Positions 36,930 to 49,665 of a stretch of DNA of 64,000 nucleotides are shown piece by piece (the first letter of the stretch is position 1; the number at the start of each line of letters is the position of its first letter). The notes below the pieces were generated by a model. The model was not told where the DNA came from and did not search any database. It saw nothing but the letters and a program-made list of their open reading frames with translations. This stretch comes from Prorocentrum cordatum (taxonomy: Eukaryota): NCBI GenBank assembly GCA_963575745.1, contig CAUYUJ010000001.1, forward strand, positions 2,418,001 through 2,482,000. Direction: 5' to 3'. A program made the position numbers and the translations under genes.

Positions 36930-39900
36930 TCTAGAATACGCCGCCTCCCGGCATTGCCACGTGACGAATGAGAGTAGAATCGTACGGTATCGCCCCCTTT
37001 GCGTTGCCACGTGACGAACAGCACGGGCCTGTGTTTGTTTCGTTGCTCTGCGCTCCCACGTGGTAGGCAAAATGGAATCGCATTCCGCCCTGCACTCAAA
37101 TCGTCTGTTCCCTCCCCAATGCGCATGTGACGGTTCAAGCAAATTTCAATTGTTTAGCCCCTCTGGGTTGCAACGTGGCGAACAAAACGGGATCGTTTCT
37201 TTCTGCCCCCCTCCGACGAATGGAATATACCCGTATTGTCTCAGCCCCTTCGCGCTACCACGCGACGAAGAAGTGGGGTAATGCGTGTTCGTCCTCCTGG
37301 GCCGCTACGCGGCGATCGAATCATAATTGTATGTGTGGCCACCCCGTTCCTCAGACCCCCCGCGCTGCCACACGGCGGATTTTGCGCGCCAGGGTGGGAT
37401 CGCATGTTCCTGCTCCCATGCATTGACATGTGGCAAATTCCGAAACGTTTTTTTGATGAGCCCATTGGCGATGCCACGTGACGTGTGGCGTATAATATAA
37501 TTTCTTTCGTCGCTCTACACTGCCATGTGGCGACTCGAATGTAAGGTATAATTTCGCCCCCACCCCCCGAGATTCGGTCTCTTTACAACCCGAACGACAC
37601 GTTACAACCGAGATAGGTCTTTCAAACCCGCAAACAATAGAGTTGCCTGGCTGTTCTTTTGGTACCGACCATTTCACAACCAAAACAACCGATTTTACAA
37701 CCAACGCGATCACTTTACAACCCGGATGGGGCCCTTTGAAACCAAACCGACCACTTCACAACCAGCCTTCAGAAGCGCATGCGCGCTCTGCAGAGGCATA
37801 TGATCGCCTGCGCGCTTTGCAGAGGCTTCTGAGCGCCTGAGCACTTCGCAGAAGCATATGAGCGCCTGAACGCTCAGCAAAATCTTCTGGGCGCCTGATC
37901 GTTCTGCGGAGGCTTCTGAACGCCTGAGCGCTCCGCAGAGGCTTCTGAGCGCCTGAGCTACGCAAAAGCTTCTGAACGCCTGAGAGCTTTGCACAGGCTT
38001 CTGAGCGACTGAGCGCTCTGCAGAGGCATCTGAACGGCTGAGCGCTCGGCAAAGGTTTCTGAGCGCCTGGCCACTTTGCAAAGGTTTCTGAGCGCCTAGG
38101 CGCCTGGCAGAGGCCCCCGAGCGCCTTAGAGCTGAAGCCTCTGCAAAGCGAGAGCGAAAACTGTTTGCGGCGGAAAAAAAACAAACAACACATGGGAATC
38201 TGCATGCGTTGGCTAGAATTCCACCAACGATTTCGTGCGCACTTTCCGCCCCCCTGGGTACGCATGCTTCCGCAATTGAGCAACCATGCGGTTTTGCGAT
38301 TGCCAGGCAATGGGGAGCGAGGGCAAGCATGGCGTATGATGCAACAAGAACAATGTGACATCCACACGCGTTGGGTATCATGTTTCAAACGATGTCTTGG
38401 CGACATGTGTGCCCTCCTGGGTACGCATGCTACCACGGATTCGCAACCATACGGTGTTGCTATTGCCAGACGGGGGAACGCGAGAGCAAAACTTGTCTGT
38501 GAGGCCAACAACAACATATGGGCATCAACACGTAGTGGCTCGAATGTTACAATCAGCTTGCTGACAACATGCCCGCTTTCCTCGGCACGCGTGCTCTCAA
38601 TTGCGAACTCATGCGGTTTTCGTGATTGTCAGACGACGAGGCGCGAGGACGAATATGGTCGATGATTCAAAAACACCGCAATTTGAAAGCCACATGGATT
38701 GGCTAGAATGTTACAATCGATTTCGTTTCCGCAAATCCGCCCTCTTGGGTGCACGTGCGACCGCGAATGCGAAACCATATGGTTCTGCGATTGCCGAAAG
38801 ATGAGGCGCGAGAACTAAAGTTGTCTGTGAGACAAAACCAACACATTGAAATCCATGTGTATCGGTTAGAACTTTACCATCGATTTCTTGACAACATTTC
38901 CGCGCATTCCACAATTCTGAAAACATGATGATTTTCCAATGTCAGACGATGAGGCGGGATGACAAACATGGTTTCTGATGCAAGAAATCAACCATGGGAC
39001 ATCCACAAAGGTTGGCTAGAAATGTACCCATGATTTCTTGGCCACATTCCCGCTATCCTGGGTGCGCATGCTTCCGCACACGCGGACACATACGGTTGCG
39101 TCGTTGCCAGAGGATGAGGTAAGATGACAACATATGTATACAATGCAACATATATGAACACCACACGTGTTGGTTATGATTTTACCAAAAGCTTCTTGGC
39201 CACATTTCCGCTCTCTGAAAGCGCGCGTGTGCCTCTGCGCCTTTCGCGGCAAACGCTTGTAGTTCTCTATTTCCAAACGAAGCAGGCTTTTCAGGCAGAT
39301 GTTGTGCGGTTCGAAAAAAACGATGTAGATTTACGGCATGGGTGTAAAGAAACTAAAAACGCCTAGTCCTGCCACCAAATTGTAGCGTGAGGATCTTTAT
39401 TGGATCTCAATTTGGTTCAAATAGCTCCGTGTGAATACCACAAGGATAGCAATAGGACGCCAATCGTGGCACAATCTGACTCAGAAGGGACACATTTTTC
39501 TTGAGTTTCAGTTGGTTCCCGGTGGGATGCCAGTAGTCTGCCCGTATGGATCGACAAAGAAAGATTCCGATTGGATTACAATGCGATCTCCTTCGTATTC
39601 GCACATGTGGTTCTGATGGGATTCCAAGAAAGATGATCCCTACCATTTTCGAATGTACCCAGAAGAATACCCACCGTGTTTCCATTTATTGCCTCCCAGT
39701 GCGTTTCCGGCAGTATTCCACAGGAAAGCTTCTCGATTGTAACCCAATGGGGTTTCCAATCGGTTTCCATTAGAAAGGGCCCGAACGTGTTTCAATAGAA
39801 CGCATCCCTATCGGATCCCAACAGGACGCCCGCAGGCCCCATATCGAGGAATCTTGTTGGATACCAGTGGGATTAATCTGGTGCCAACCGCACCAGGATT

Positions 39901-40830
39901 CCAATCGGATTCCTGCTGGATCCCATTCGGAAGCCACTTCACATATTCTCGCTTCAGGCGGGTCACTTTACAACCAACACGCTTCAGAGAGCGAAGTGTC
40001 TCCCTTACGTGGACCCACGGAGATTTCGGACAATGAAGAACATGTGTCGCTTAGCGTTTACTCGCCTGGTTGTAAAGTGGTCTTCGTGGTTGTAAAGTGC
40101 CCTTCTGGCCGCTCTGGTTGCAATGTGACCCCCCCGCCCCACCCCCGCCGCGTTGCCACGTGATGAGTAAAAAGCGAACAATGTTTTGTTCACCCCCGCC
40201 CTGAGTTGTCACAAAACTCCTGAGTTGTCACGTGGCAAGTAAACTCGAATTGTATGTTGTCCGCATCCCCCTGCATTGCCACGTGAGAAACCAAGTATGA
40301 TAGTATGCTCTCAGCCCCTTTGCTTTGTCACGTGATGTATGGCGTCTGCTTGTCCTCTACGCTGCCATGTGGAGACTGGCGTGGAATGTTTGTTCGCCCC
40401 CCCCTGCGTAACCATGTGACAAATAAACCACAGACAAACGTTGCCATGTTGCGAGCAATGTACAATCCTATTTTGTCAGGCCCCCCCCCCTGCATTGCCG
40501 CGTGACAAACCAAATCGACCAATATGTTCTCAATCCATTTGCGTTGTCACGTGACGTGTAGCGTAGATTTGCATTTGCTTTGCCACTCCACGCTGCCACG
40601 CGGCGACTAGAATGGAATATGTATTTCGCCCCCTGGCGTTGCCGCGTGACGAAAAACTTGTACCGGTATTTGCTTAGCCCCTCTGCGTTGCCGCGCGGCG
40701 GGCACGGTGGAGTAGAATGTGTGCTGCCCGCTGGCTTTGCCGCGTGACGGACAAACAAATATGAAACAGTATGCTTTCCGCTCCTGCGTTGCCACGTGAC
40801 GTGTAGCATAGATTTGCACTCGTTTTTCTC
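36930..40830. repeat. Nested diverged satellites: GTTGCCACGTGAC units (36930-37540, 40130-40830), CTTCTGAGCGCCTGAG units (37770-38150), longer diverged units (38200-39220)
   Basis: Recurrent motifs seen directly; no coding signal. Confidence 0.7.
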
Positions 40831-40879
40831 CGTTGCGCTGCATCGGAAAAATCGCAAACGGGCCACATTGACCGACAAA

Positions 40880-41130
40880 GCAACCAACCGACCGCCCAAC
40901 CAACCAACAAATCAACACACCGACAAACCAACCGACCAACTAACCAACCGACCAACCAATCCGCCGGCGGATCAACCAACCAACCAACCAACCGATCAAC
41001 CGACCAACAACACAACCAACAAACCAACAACCCAACGGGCCAACCAGACAACCGGCCAACTATCCAACCTATCAACCAACCAATCGGGCAAGCAGCCAAC
41101 CAACCCGCCAACCGAACAACCAGGCAGCCA
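40880..41130. repeat. (CCAA)n-like microsatellite
   Basis: Seen directly. Confidence 0.85.
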
Positions 41131-43685
41131 ACATTTTCTGAGGATGTCTCACACGACGGGCAAGCCAGAATAAATATGTTCAGCCCTGTAAGAAAATAAG
41201 CCCTGACAAACAAATTGGTGTAACCATTCTCCCCTGAAGGACCACTCGAGGCCTGAAGAGCGCCCAAGAGATCCCCAATGCCCCCCAAGCTAGCCGCCAG
41301 AAGCCGCCGAGATGCGCGCGGAGGCCCAAACGATCCGCCGACCCCTAGGGGTTCATCGCCATGTGAAATGCTTCCCCCTCCCAAAACCACTCCCCCAGGA
41401 GCACAGTCTGGTCTATTTGGAGGGGGGTCCCCAGGGGAGGGGTGGAACGCGTCACGGGGGGACAGAGGGCCCCAAAACAGACCAAGAGGGCACAAAGAGG
41501 CCCTCTGGAAGGTCTAAGAGGGCCACGAGCCGCCGAAAGATCGATCTAAAACGCCCACGCTGGCCTCCAGACGGCCAAAGAGGCCCATCTGACTCCCCAA
41601 GAAGCTCTCAAGAGGCGTCCCAGAACGGTGCCAAATATCCAACATCGTCACATTCCCATGGGAAAACATGCATTTTTAGCACAATCGCTTCTTGTGTTCA
41701 CAACGCCCAAGACAGACCAAGACGCCTCCTGGATCGCCCAACGACGGCCCAAGAGGCCAAGAGGGCTGTCAGACGACCAAAGAGGGCCCCAACACCGCTC
41801 AAAAAGCCCCCAAGACGGCCCTAGGGGGCTCCAGGACAGCCCCAACATGGAGTCCAGGGGGGGAATCCAGACGGACATTTCGAGTCTTCGACCCAAAACC
41901 GCCGCCCGGTTGCCCCAAGAAGCCCCCAACAGGCTCCAAGGGAGCTCCGAGAGGCCCCCAAGAGGCTCCCAAGAGACCCCCAGGAGGCCCCCAAGAGGTG
42001 GTTCAAGAATTGCTTCCCAAACGCCCCTGAGACGCCTCCCACGAGGCCCCGTCTGCCATGGGCGTGGCCTCACACTCGCAGCCCAGGCACGGTGGCGGGA
42101 TGTCCTGAAAGCCAACATATGCCCGCCGTTAGTACACGAGGGTTCTCGTCTCGCCCGTTCCCCTATGGGTGTGCGGCGAACCCTGGAAATGTCAGCCGCA
42201 GAAAACACTACTGCTGGTGCGGGCTGTGCCGCGATTGCCGTGTGCCCCGGAGGAATCTTTGGCGAGCACGCGGTAGATTGTCCAAGAGGGCCCCGACGCA
42301 AAATCCCCTGACCCCTTGGGGTGCCATCAGCGTGTGAGATGCTTACCCCTCCCCCGACCCCTCCCCCCGGACCCTGGTCCAGTCGATTTGGAGGGAGGGG
42401 GGTCCGCCCGGATCCCCCCGGCCCGACCCGAACGCATCATGGGAGGATAGAGGGCCCCACAACGAGCCCAGAGGGCCCCAAGAGGCCCCCAAGACGGTCC
42501 AAGAGGGCCCCCATTCGCCGAAGGATCCTCCAGGACGGCCAGGATGGCCTCCAGACGGCCCAAGACGCCTCCAAGAGCCCTCCCAACAAGGCGCCAAGAA
42601 GCAAGATTCATTGATTTGCAATACGATTTTTACAGGTCTTATAGCGTTCTCGCCTTTTCGGCTTCCCTGCGCTAAACGACTGCCCAAAGGCTCCCAAGAT
42701 TCCCCCAGACGGACCCAGAGGCCTCCAAGAGGGCCCCTAAACAGGCAAAGAGGGCCCCCACACGGCCCCAAAGACGGCCTCAGAGGCCTCCAACATGGCC
42801 CAAAAGAGCCCCTAGAACACCGCAAGAAAGACCCCGAAGAGGAACTCGAGCCCGCACCGAGCCCGCATTTCGAGCCCTCGGCAACCCAAGGCTCCTAAGA
42901 AGCCTCCACGAAGCTCCAAGAGGCCCCCCATCGGCCCCCCTAAAGCGTCCAAAAAGGCACCAAGAGGCCCCGACAAGGCGCCCAAGATGCCCTCAGGAGC
43001 AACACGCCACAACCGCCAGTTCCCCAAGGGGTCGCCGTTGCGGCGTAAACCCAAGACTTTAACCTTCAAGAAGCAACGTTTCAATATTTGCTGCCTGCCA
43101 AGCTCTTCGGTCTTAAGCTACTTCAGTAGAAAACAGAAATCCATTTCTCATAGTAATCACCCAGACACGCGAAGCCGCTTAGTAAACGCACCCGAAGGAA
43201 GAACCAGTCAAACAGGGCAAGGTTTTTTCAGTAAACGCTCAGGGCCGGTAAGTAAACGCCAATAATCGGGTCTGGGTGGTTTTCCCTCCCTTGATTCAGA
43301 AAACTTCGGGGGGGCCAAAACGGCCCCGAATGGCCCCAAGCAGAGAACCCGCGACGGCACCGAGGCGGCGCAAGACTGCAACCCCCTCAAGGCAGACACT
43401 CGGGGATCTGCACGTCTTCGTTTTTCACCTGCGCCAGTGCGTGGACTTCAACTTGCCAGATGCGGTGCGTTTGATGTAGTCTGCACGTCGGCCCAATCAT
43501 ATAAACGGTCTGTTGGACCACAAAGCGTGCACGCACAATGCCTATTCCTGCTAGCCTCGCTCTTGCTCCTCTTGCTCCTCCACACCCCTCCCTTCTGGGA
43601 CATACCACGGGCCAGGTGTCGAGCGATCATGGAGCCTCCTCGATGCAGCGCCGGCACGGTGGCGGCGCTTGCCGCAGGCTGCTGG

Positions 43686-43802
43686 ATATTTCAGCGCGAG
43701 CCTCTTGTAGGCCCTGGCCAGCTCTGCGTCGGTCGTGCCCTTATCCACGCCGAGAACACGGTAGTGGTCCTTCGCCCGTAGGTCGGCAGGGCATGGTGCC
43801 AT
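43686..43802 (-). CDS. DnaJ-domain protein, exon 1 (J-domain helices I-II)
   Basis: MAPCPADLRAKDHYRVLGVDKGTTDAELARAYKRLALKY; completes the J domain with exon 2. CCAAG just 5' of the ATG may be the trans-splice acceptor. Confidence 0.88.
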
Positions 43803-43928
43803 TGCTTGGGAGGTCACGAAGGCAGTGCCCCTTCTCTGCCCTGCCAGTCCTGGTGCTGCTGCTGGTCCTTCTCCTCGTCCCCCTTCCATCTCCTCCTCCT
43901 ACCTCTCCTCTTCCTTGCGAGCTGTGCT

Positions 43929-43942
43929 GTAGCCATTTTGGC
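43929..43942 (+). other. Relict DinoSL
   Basis: GTAGCCATTTTGGC is 14 contiguous nt of DinoSL; followed by about 1 kb of unique, ORF-broken sequence. Confidence 0.7.
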
Positions 43943-46900
43943 CCTCGGCCTTGCCTCCGTCAAGCACCGTCCTCGAGGTAATCTTATCTCGAATTCCATT
44001 GCTGCCGCTCGGGGCCAGTGAGGGCGCGATGGTGACGCACGTCGCTATTCTCGACGTGGGCGGAGCGGTGTTGGAGGTGCACTCCCTGGAGCTGGGGAAA
44101 GAAGCCATTGGAAACCTGTTCTCATGGAAGAAGGAGCGGCAGGAACCATTGCAATTTCACAAGTGACTTTGAACCCGTCGACACGGTGGACGCGAAGTAC
44201 ACTGGGCGGAAGAAGAGCGTGGTGTCAAAGTTTTTGTTGGCAAGGGATGCCCGGGCGCCTTTGAGCACCCTGTCGAATATCCCGCACCGCCCGCCTGAAG
44301 AAACCGTAGTCCACGAACACTGGGAAGTGGGTGAGTGTGTTCACCGTGGTAGCCAGCTAGCCACGCCGAGAGGTTGGAGGACTCAATAAGCATGTCAGGC
44401 AACGAGACGAACGACCAGAGAGGACAATTAGCAGGACGATGTTGGCGTTGCGAAGCTCGATAATTGCGCAAAATCGGAGAGCCACCTGGAGAAGGCCAGT
44501 CCAGGACGTGAGCTAGCAGCAGGCAGTGCAGGTAGGCGATGATGCCCTGTTCATGGATGGGGCGCCAGAAATACCATCGACGACGGGAGCCATCGAGTTA
44601 GTGCAAGCCCACAGAACAGCACGACGACGCCGACGGGACAGCCACCGACAGCTTGAACGGTGAGGCCAAAGCTCACGCGGCGCCGCGGGCCTACGAGGCC
44701 TTGAACGGGGTCGCCAACGTATGCCGCGGCGGCCTTCTCCACAACATGACCAGACACGGCTGGAGTGTGGGCGTGGACCAGCACGGGGCCAAGTTTGATT
44801 AAAACGTTGGCACCCAACAGCGGCAGCAAGTGATCCGCGAGATGGAGGAACACCTGGCTGCATGCTGTCAGGCGCCAAATGACGTCCCCTAAAGAAGGCG
44901 GACACAATTTCAGGGGACACCTCAGCCAGACGAAGGCCCCGCTCTAAGGGATGTTTCAGGAGTTCACGGTCCTTCGCCCTGATATCCGACCCAAGACTCA
45001 TTTTTCATCGTTTGCCAACCCCCAAATCAGTGTACTCCTTCACCTCCTGAGGTCTTTCTCACGTCCAGCGAACGCATATCCCCCGGGATCTGTCCTGGGA
45101 CTAGTGTTTACCAAAACTTCAAAGAACATCCAACCGTGACGGCTACAGGCCTCCGAGATTCGGCGGCGAGCGACGGGCGGAAGTGAGAAGGGGCGGGCCT
45201 TCTCAGAAAGCTCGGAAATTCCCCGGCCTTCTGAAACGTGTTCTAAGACCCCCCTGAAAGCGCAGAAAACTTCTCAGAGGGCGCGAGGGCTCCTGAAAAG
45301 TCCCGACGCCTTCTGAACAGGCCTTCTCCTTCTCATTCGCCCCCCCGTCGCTCGCCGCCGAGAGATGCCCTCCCGAAACGGCCCGAAATGCTTCAAACCT
45401 TGTGGGAGGTGCACCTCTCGGCAGCGCTGGACGATCCGAGCAGTGCCCTGCTGCGTCTCGAGTCCGATTCGCTCGCCGTGCCTTCCAGCGCGCGCGCAGG
45501 GGCGTCCGAATGATGTCGCTGTGCGGCGCGGAAGGCCCGTTTGGCCGAATCGCCCGCCCTCTGGGCGCAGGTGGTCCAGAACGGTTTCTCTTCCAGCCCC
45601 TCCCTGTTCGATCTCGGGGAAGTCTCGGCTCAGATTCGCTCGCCGTGCCATTTCCTGGGAGCTCGCGGTGGACTCCCGAAGAGGGAAAGCAACAGACATA
45701 AAGATAACAAGACTCCGAGCCACAAATAATATAATGTTGGCCAGCGTGGACCCCAAACAATGTGTTTCAAGCAACATGCGTGGTACCATCAAGGTGGGAC
45801 AATTTATGTGATGGAATGTATGTGGTGCAATATGTGCGGGGTTCAATCTACGTGGAGCCACTTGGGTTGTGCAGTAAATACTGTGCAGCCGACGATGTTC
45901 GAAGTTTGTTGTACATTCTACGTGGTGCAAAACATGCGGAGCAATCTGTGTGATGCCAACACGTGGAGCAATTATGTGAAGTGGAATACGTGCGGTACAA
46001 CCTACGTGTGCAAGTCACCCTGCCGAACTTGAAGCTGCGAGCTCCAATTCTCGCACAAACATCCCAGCCACCCACCCACAACTCGGTTTGCAATACCCAC
46101 GCGGCGGCGATTGCGATGAGTGCATGGCGTTGGCTGGTGCATCTCTGCGGCCGCGCTAGCTCGCGCATGCTCGCGCGCACGGCGACCATCGAGTGCGGCG
46201 CGACCGACCTGGCCGCGGTGGCGCTGACCGCTGGGCACTCCCAGCGGGCACTTCAGTGCGAGCCGGTGACGTGGGCGGGCGGGGTATCATGGCGACGCCG
46301 ACAACGGTAGACACGATGATGAGAGCAGCGATGATGATGGCGACAGTGGCGATGACGACGGCAAGGCCAATGTCGGCGCCGACGTGGATCACGGCCGCCG
46401 GTAGAGATGACGATGCCCTCGCGTCGGCGATGAAGGTCTTGGAAGGAATTCGACATGCGCGCGTGCGGTCGACGCGCGCGAGTGGCCCGCGTGGCATTAT
46501 TTGACACAGATTGTGCCCCCCGGCACACGCGTTCGAATGAGTTCGACATGCGGCGCGGGAGGCCTGTTTGGCAGAACTCGATGAGCATGTTGAAAACCAT
46601 ATGGTTTTCTGAAGAATCCGCGAGAACGCGAGCGCATGTTTTGCTTTGAAAACTGATGTTGCAAAATCATGTGGCTTGATATGTGTTCGGGACACTCGCT
46701 TTTGACATCCTTGGGGGGCCTAGGGTTTTTGAAAGATTCCCGCATGCCCGCGCGACGACGCGCGCGCATGCACTCCGTCCTGTTTTTGTATACCGGATTT
46801 TTGTGGCAACGCGCGCACAAAGGCGATCGAACGATTTTGACATGCGCACGCCAAAGGCCCGTTTGATACCATAGTATGATCATGGTGAAGAAAAGAAGCT

Positions 46901-47984
46901 TTCCATAATAATTCGCAAGAGAGCGCGGGCGCAAGTTTGTTGTCGAAAAACATTGTTGCGAAAAAGTGTGTGTTTCAAAATTTTCAGAGCACTCGATGTT
47001 GAAACCATTTCGAAACCCGGGGTTCTTGAAAGATTTCGGCATGCGCGCGCGACGACGCGCCCGTGTGCATTTCGTCACGCAAGGGATGATTGAAAACTGG
47101 TTATGTCTGATAAGCGTATGCGCGCGCATGGTATCTATTGCAAATGATGCTGGGGGGGGGGGGGGGGGCGAACTCCGGCCTGGCTGGGAAGGTATGAGTT
47201 CACACGTAGAACGGACGATAGGGCAGAATCGTGCATAAATTGCTATAAGAAAAATATACTGTTGACCCTCGAGGGGGGGAAATCGATCCTCATACTCTAT
47301 AAGGAAGGAGAATCCAACGGCGGCGACGGGCGGCGACGAGCCAGCGACGGGGTGGCGACGGCGACAACATAGCCGCCAGACCGCCAAACCAGCCCAGACG
47401 ACGGGCGGCGACGAGGCCGCGACGTTGCGGCGACGGCGATTGCATAGCCGCCAGACCGCCACACCGGCCCGAACGACTGGTGGCAACGAGGCGGTGACGG
47501 GGCAATGACGGTGACAACATGGCCGCCAGACCGCCACGCCGGACCAGCTCCTCAGAACTTAAGTAAGAAAACCTAAATGCAAGCTCTTCTTTAGGAGCGT
47601 GACCAAGAGGCCCTCAGGAGGCCCCAAGAAGGCCCCAAGGGGCCTTCTCGTCCTCTTCTCCTCCTCTTCCTTCTCGTCCCTTTTCTCCTCCCTTTCCTCT
47701 ACGTCCTCTTCCTCCACATCCTCCTTCTCCTCCTCCTCCTCCTTCTGCTCCTCCTCCTCCTCCTCCTCCTCTTCCTACCAAAAGTTCCCCCTCACGGGTT
47801 TCCACGCAAGCTGGGTGAACACATCATCCAAGTCACCCGTGAGCCTTTTGATTTAACACTCTTGTTTCTCTCGCCGGTGAATAGAAAATACCCCCTCCTG
47901 TTCCTCATGATCCTCCCCTTCCCCCTCTTCTTCCTCCTCGCCCTTCTCCTCCCCCTTCTCTTCCTCCTGCTCTTCCTAATCGTG

Positions 47985-48056
47985 TTATGATGAATAGTAG
48001 CAGTAGTAGTAGTAGTAGTCGTCGTCGTCGTCGTAGTAGTAGTGGTAATAGTAGTG

Positions 48057-48098
<42 letters not shown>

Positions 48099-48137
48099 GT
48101 AGTAATCGTAGATGTAGTAGTAGTCGTAGTAGTAGTC

Positions 48138-48170
<33 letters not shown>

Positions 48171-48286
48171 TTCGTAGTAGTAGTAGTAGTAGTAGTAGTA
48201 ATAGTAATAGTAGTAGAAGTAGTAGTAGTAGTAGTAGTAATAGTGGTAGTAGTCGAAGTAATGTAGTAGTAGTCGTAGTCGTAGTC

Positions 48287-48338
<52 letters not shown>

Positions 48339-49085
48339 TAGTAGTAGTTGTAGTAGTAGTAGTAGTAGTAGTAGTAATAGTAGTAGCAATAGTAGTAGTA
48401 GTAGTAGTAGTAGTAGTCGTAATCGTAGTCGTAGTCGCCGTAGTAAAAGTAAGAGTCGCAGTAGGAGTAGTAGTGGTAGTAGTAATCGTAGTAGTAGTAG
48501 TAGTAGTAGTAGTAGCCGTAGTAGTAATAGTAGTAGTAAAAGTCGTAGTAGTAGTAATGATAGTAGTACTAGTCGTAGTCGTAGTCGTAGTCATGGTAAT
48601 CGTGGTAATAGCGGTCGTAGTAGGACTAGTAGTAGTAGGAGTAGTAGTCTTAGTAGTAGTAGTAGTAGTAGTAGTAGTTGTAGTAGTAGTCGTAGTAGCA
48701 GTAGTAGTCGTAGTAGTTGTAGTCGCAGTAGTAACGGTCGTAGTTTTAGTAGAGTTAGCACTATTAGCAGTAGTAGTAGTAGTAGTAGTAGTAGTAGTCG
48801 TAGTAGTCGTAGTAGTCGTAGTAGTAGTAGTAGTCGTAGTAGTAGTAGTAGTCGTAGTAGTAGTAATAGCCGTCGTAGTAGTAGTAGTAGTAGTAATATA
48901 GTAGAAGTAAGTAATAGTAGTAGTATAGTAGTAGTAGTAGTACGTAGCACGTATGAGTAGTAGTAGTAGTAGTGGTATTAAGAATAGTAGTGTAGTAGTA
49001 CAAGTAGTAGTAATTAAATTTATTCAAAATATTTTTATTGTTTAAAAATTTGTTAATTTTTTTTATTAAAAATTTTTTTTTTTTA

Positions 49086-49117
<32 letters not shown>

Positions 49118-49141
49118 ATAGTAATAGTAATCGTAGTAGTA

Positions 49142-49196
<55 letters not shown>

Positions 49197-49451
49197 AGGT
49201 AGTAGTAGTAGTGCTAGTAATAAAAAATGATGGTAGCAGTAGTAGTAGTAGAAGTAGTAGTGCTAGTACTGGTGGTGGTCGTGGTCATAGCAGTCGTAAT
49301 AGAACTACTGCTAGTAGTCGTAGCCGTAGTAGTCAAAATCGTGGTCGTAGTTAGTAATAGAAATAAGAGCAGCAGTAGTAATGAACGTGGTAGTGGTAGT
49401 GGCCTTAGGTGGTAAAAATCGCAGTAGCAGCAGTAGTAGTCGTAGTACTTT

Positions 49452-49527
<76 letters not shown>

Positions 49528-49528
49528 C

Positions 49529-49583
<55 letters not shown>

Positions 49584-49655
49584 CAGTAGCAATAGTAGTC
49601 GTCGTCGTCGTCGTCGTCGTAGTAGGTAGTAGTAGTAGTAGTAGTAGTCGTCGTA
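47985..49655. repeat. (GTA)n array, left block
   Basis: Seen directly; noisy AT-rich patch at about 49000-49090. Confidence 0.95.
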
Positions 49656-49665
49656 TGGAAAAAAA

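Noticed and set aside
30775..43687. CTGGAT direct repeat as a TSD or recombinase core for DnaJ intron 1
   Set aside because: Collapsing it gives KYPDK and loses the essential His of HPD.
43683..43689. U12-type AT-AC intron (ATATCC donor, GAC| acceptor at 30782)
   Set aside because: Using both sites shifts the frame (CTG AAC ATC); the donor lacks the following TT and no U12 branch point is evident.
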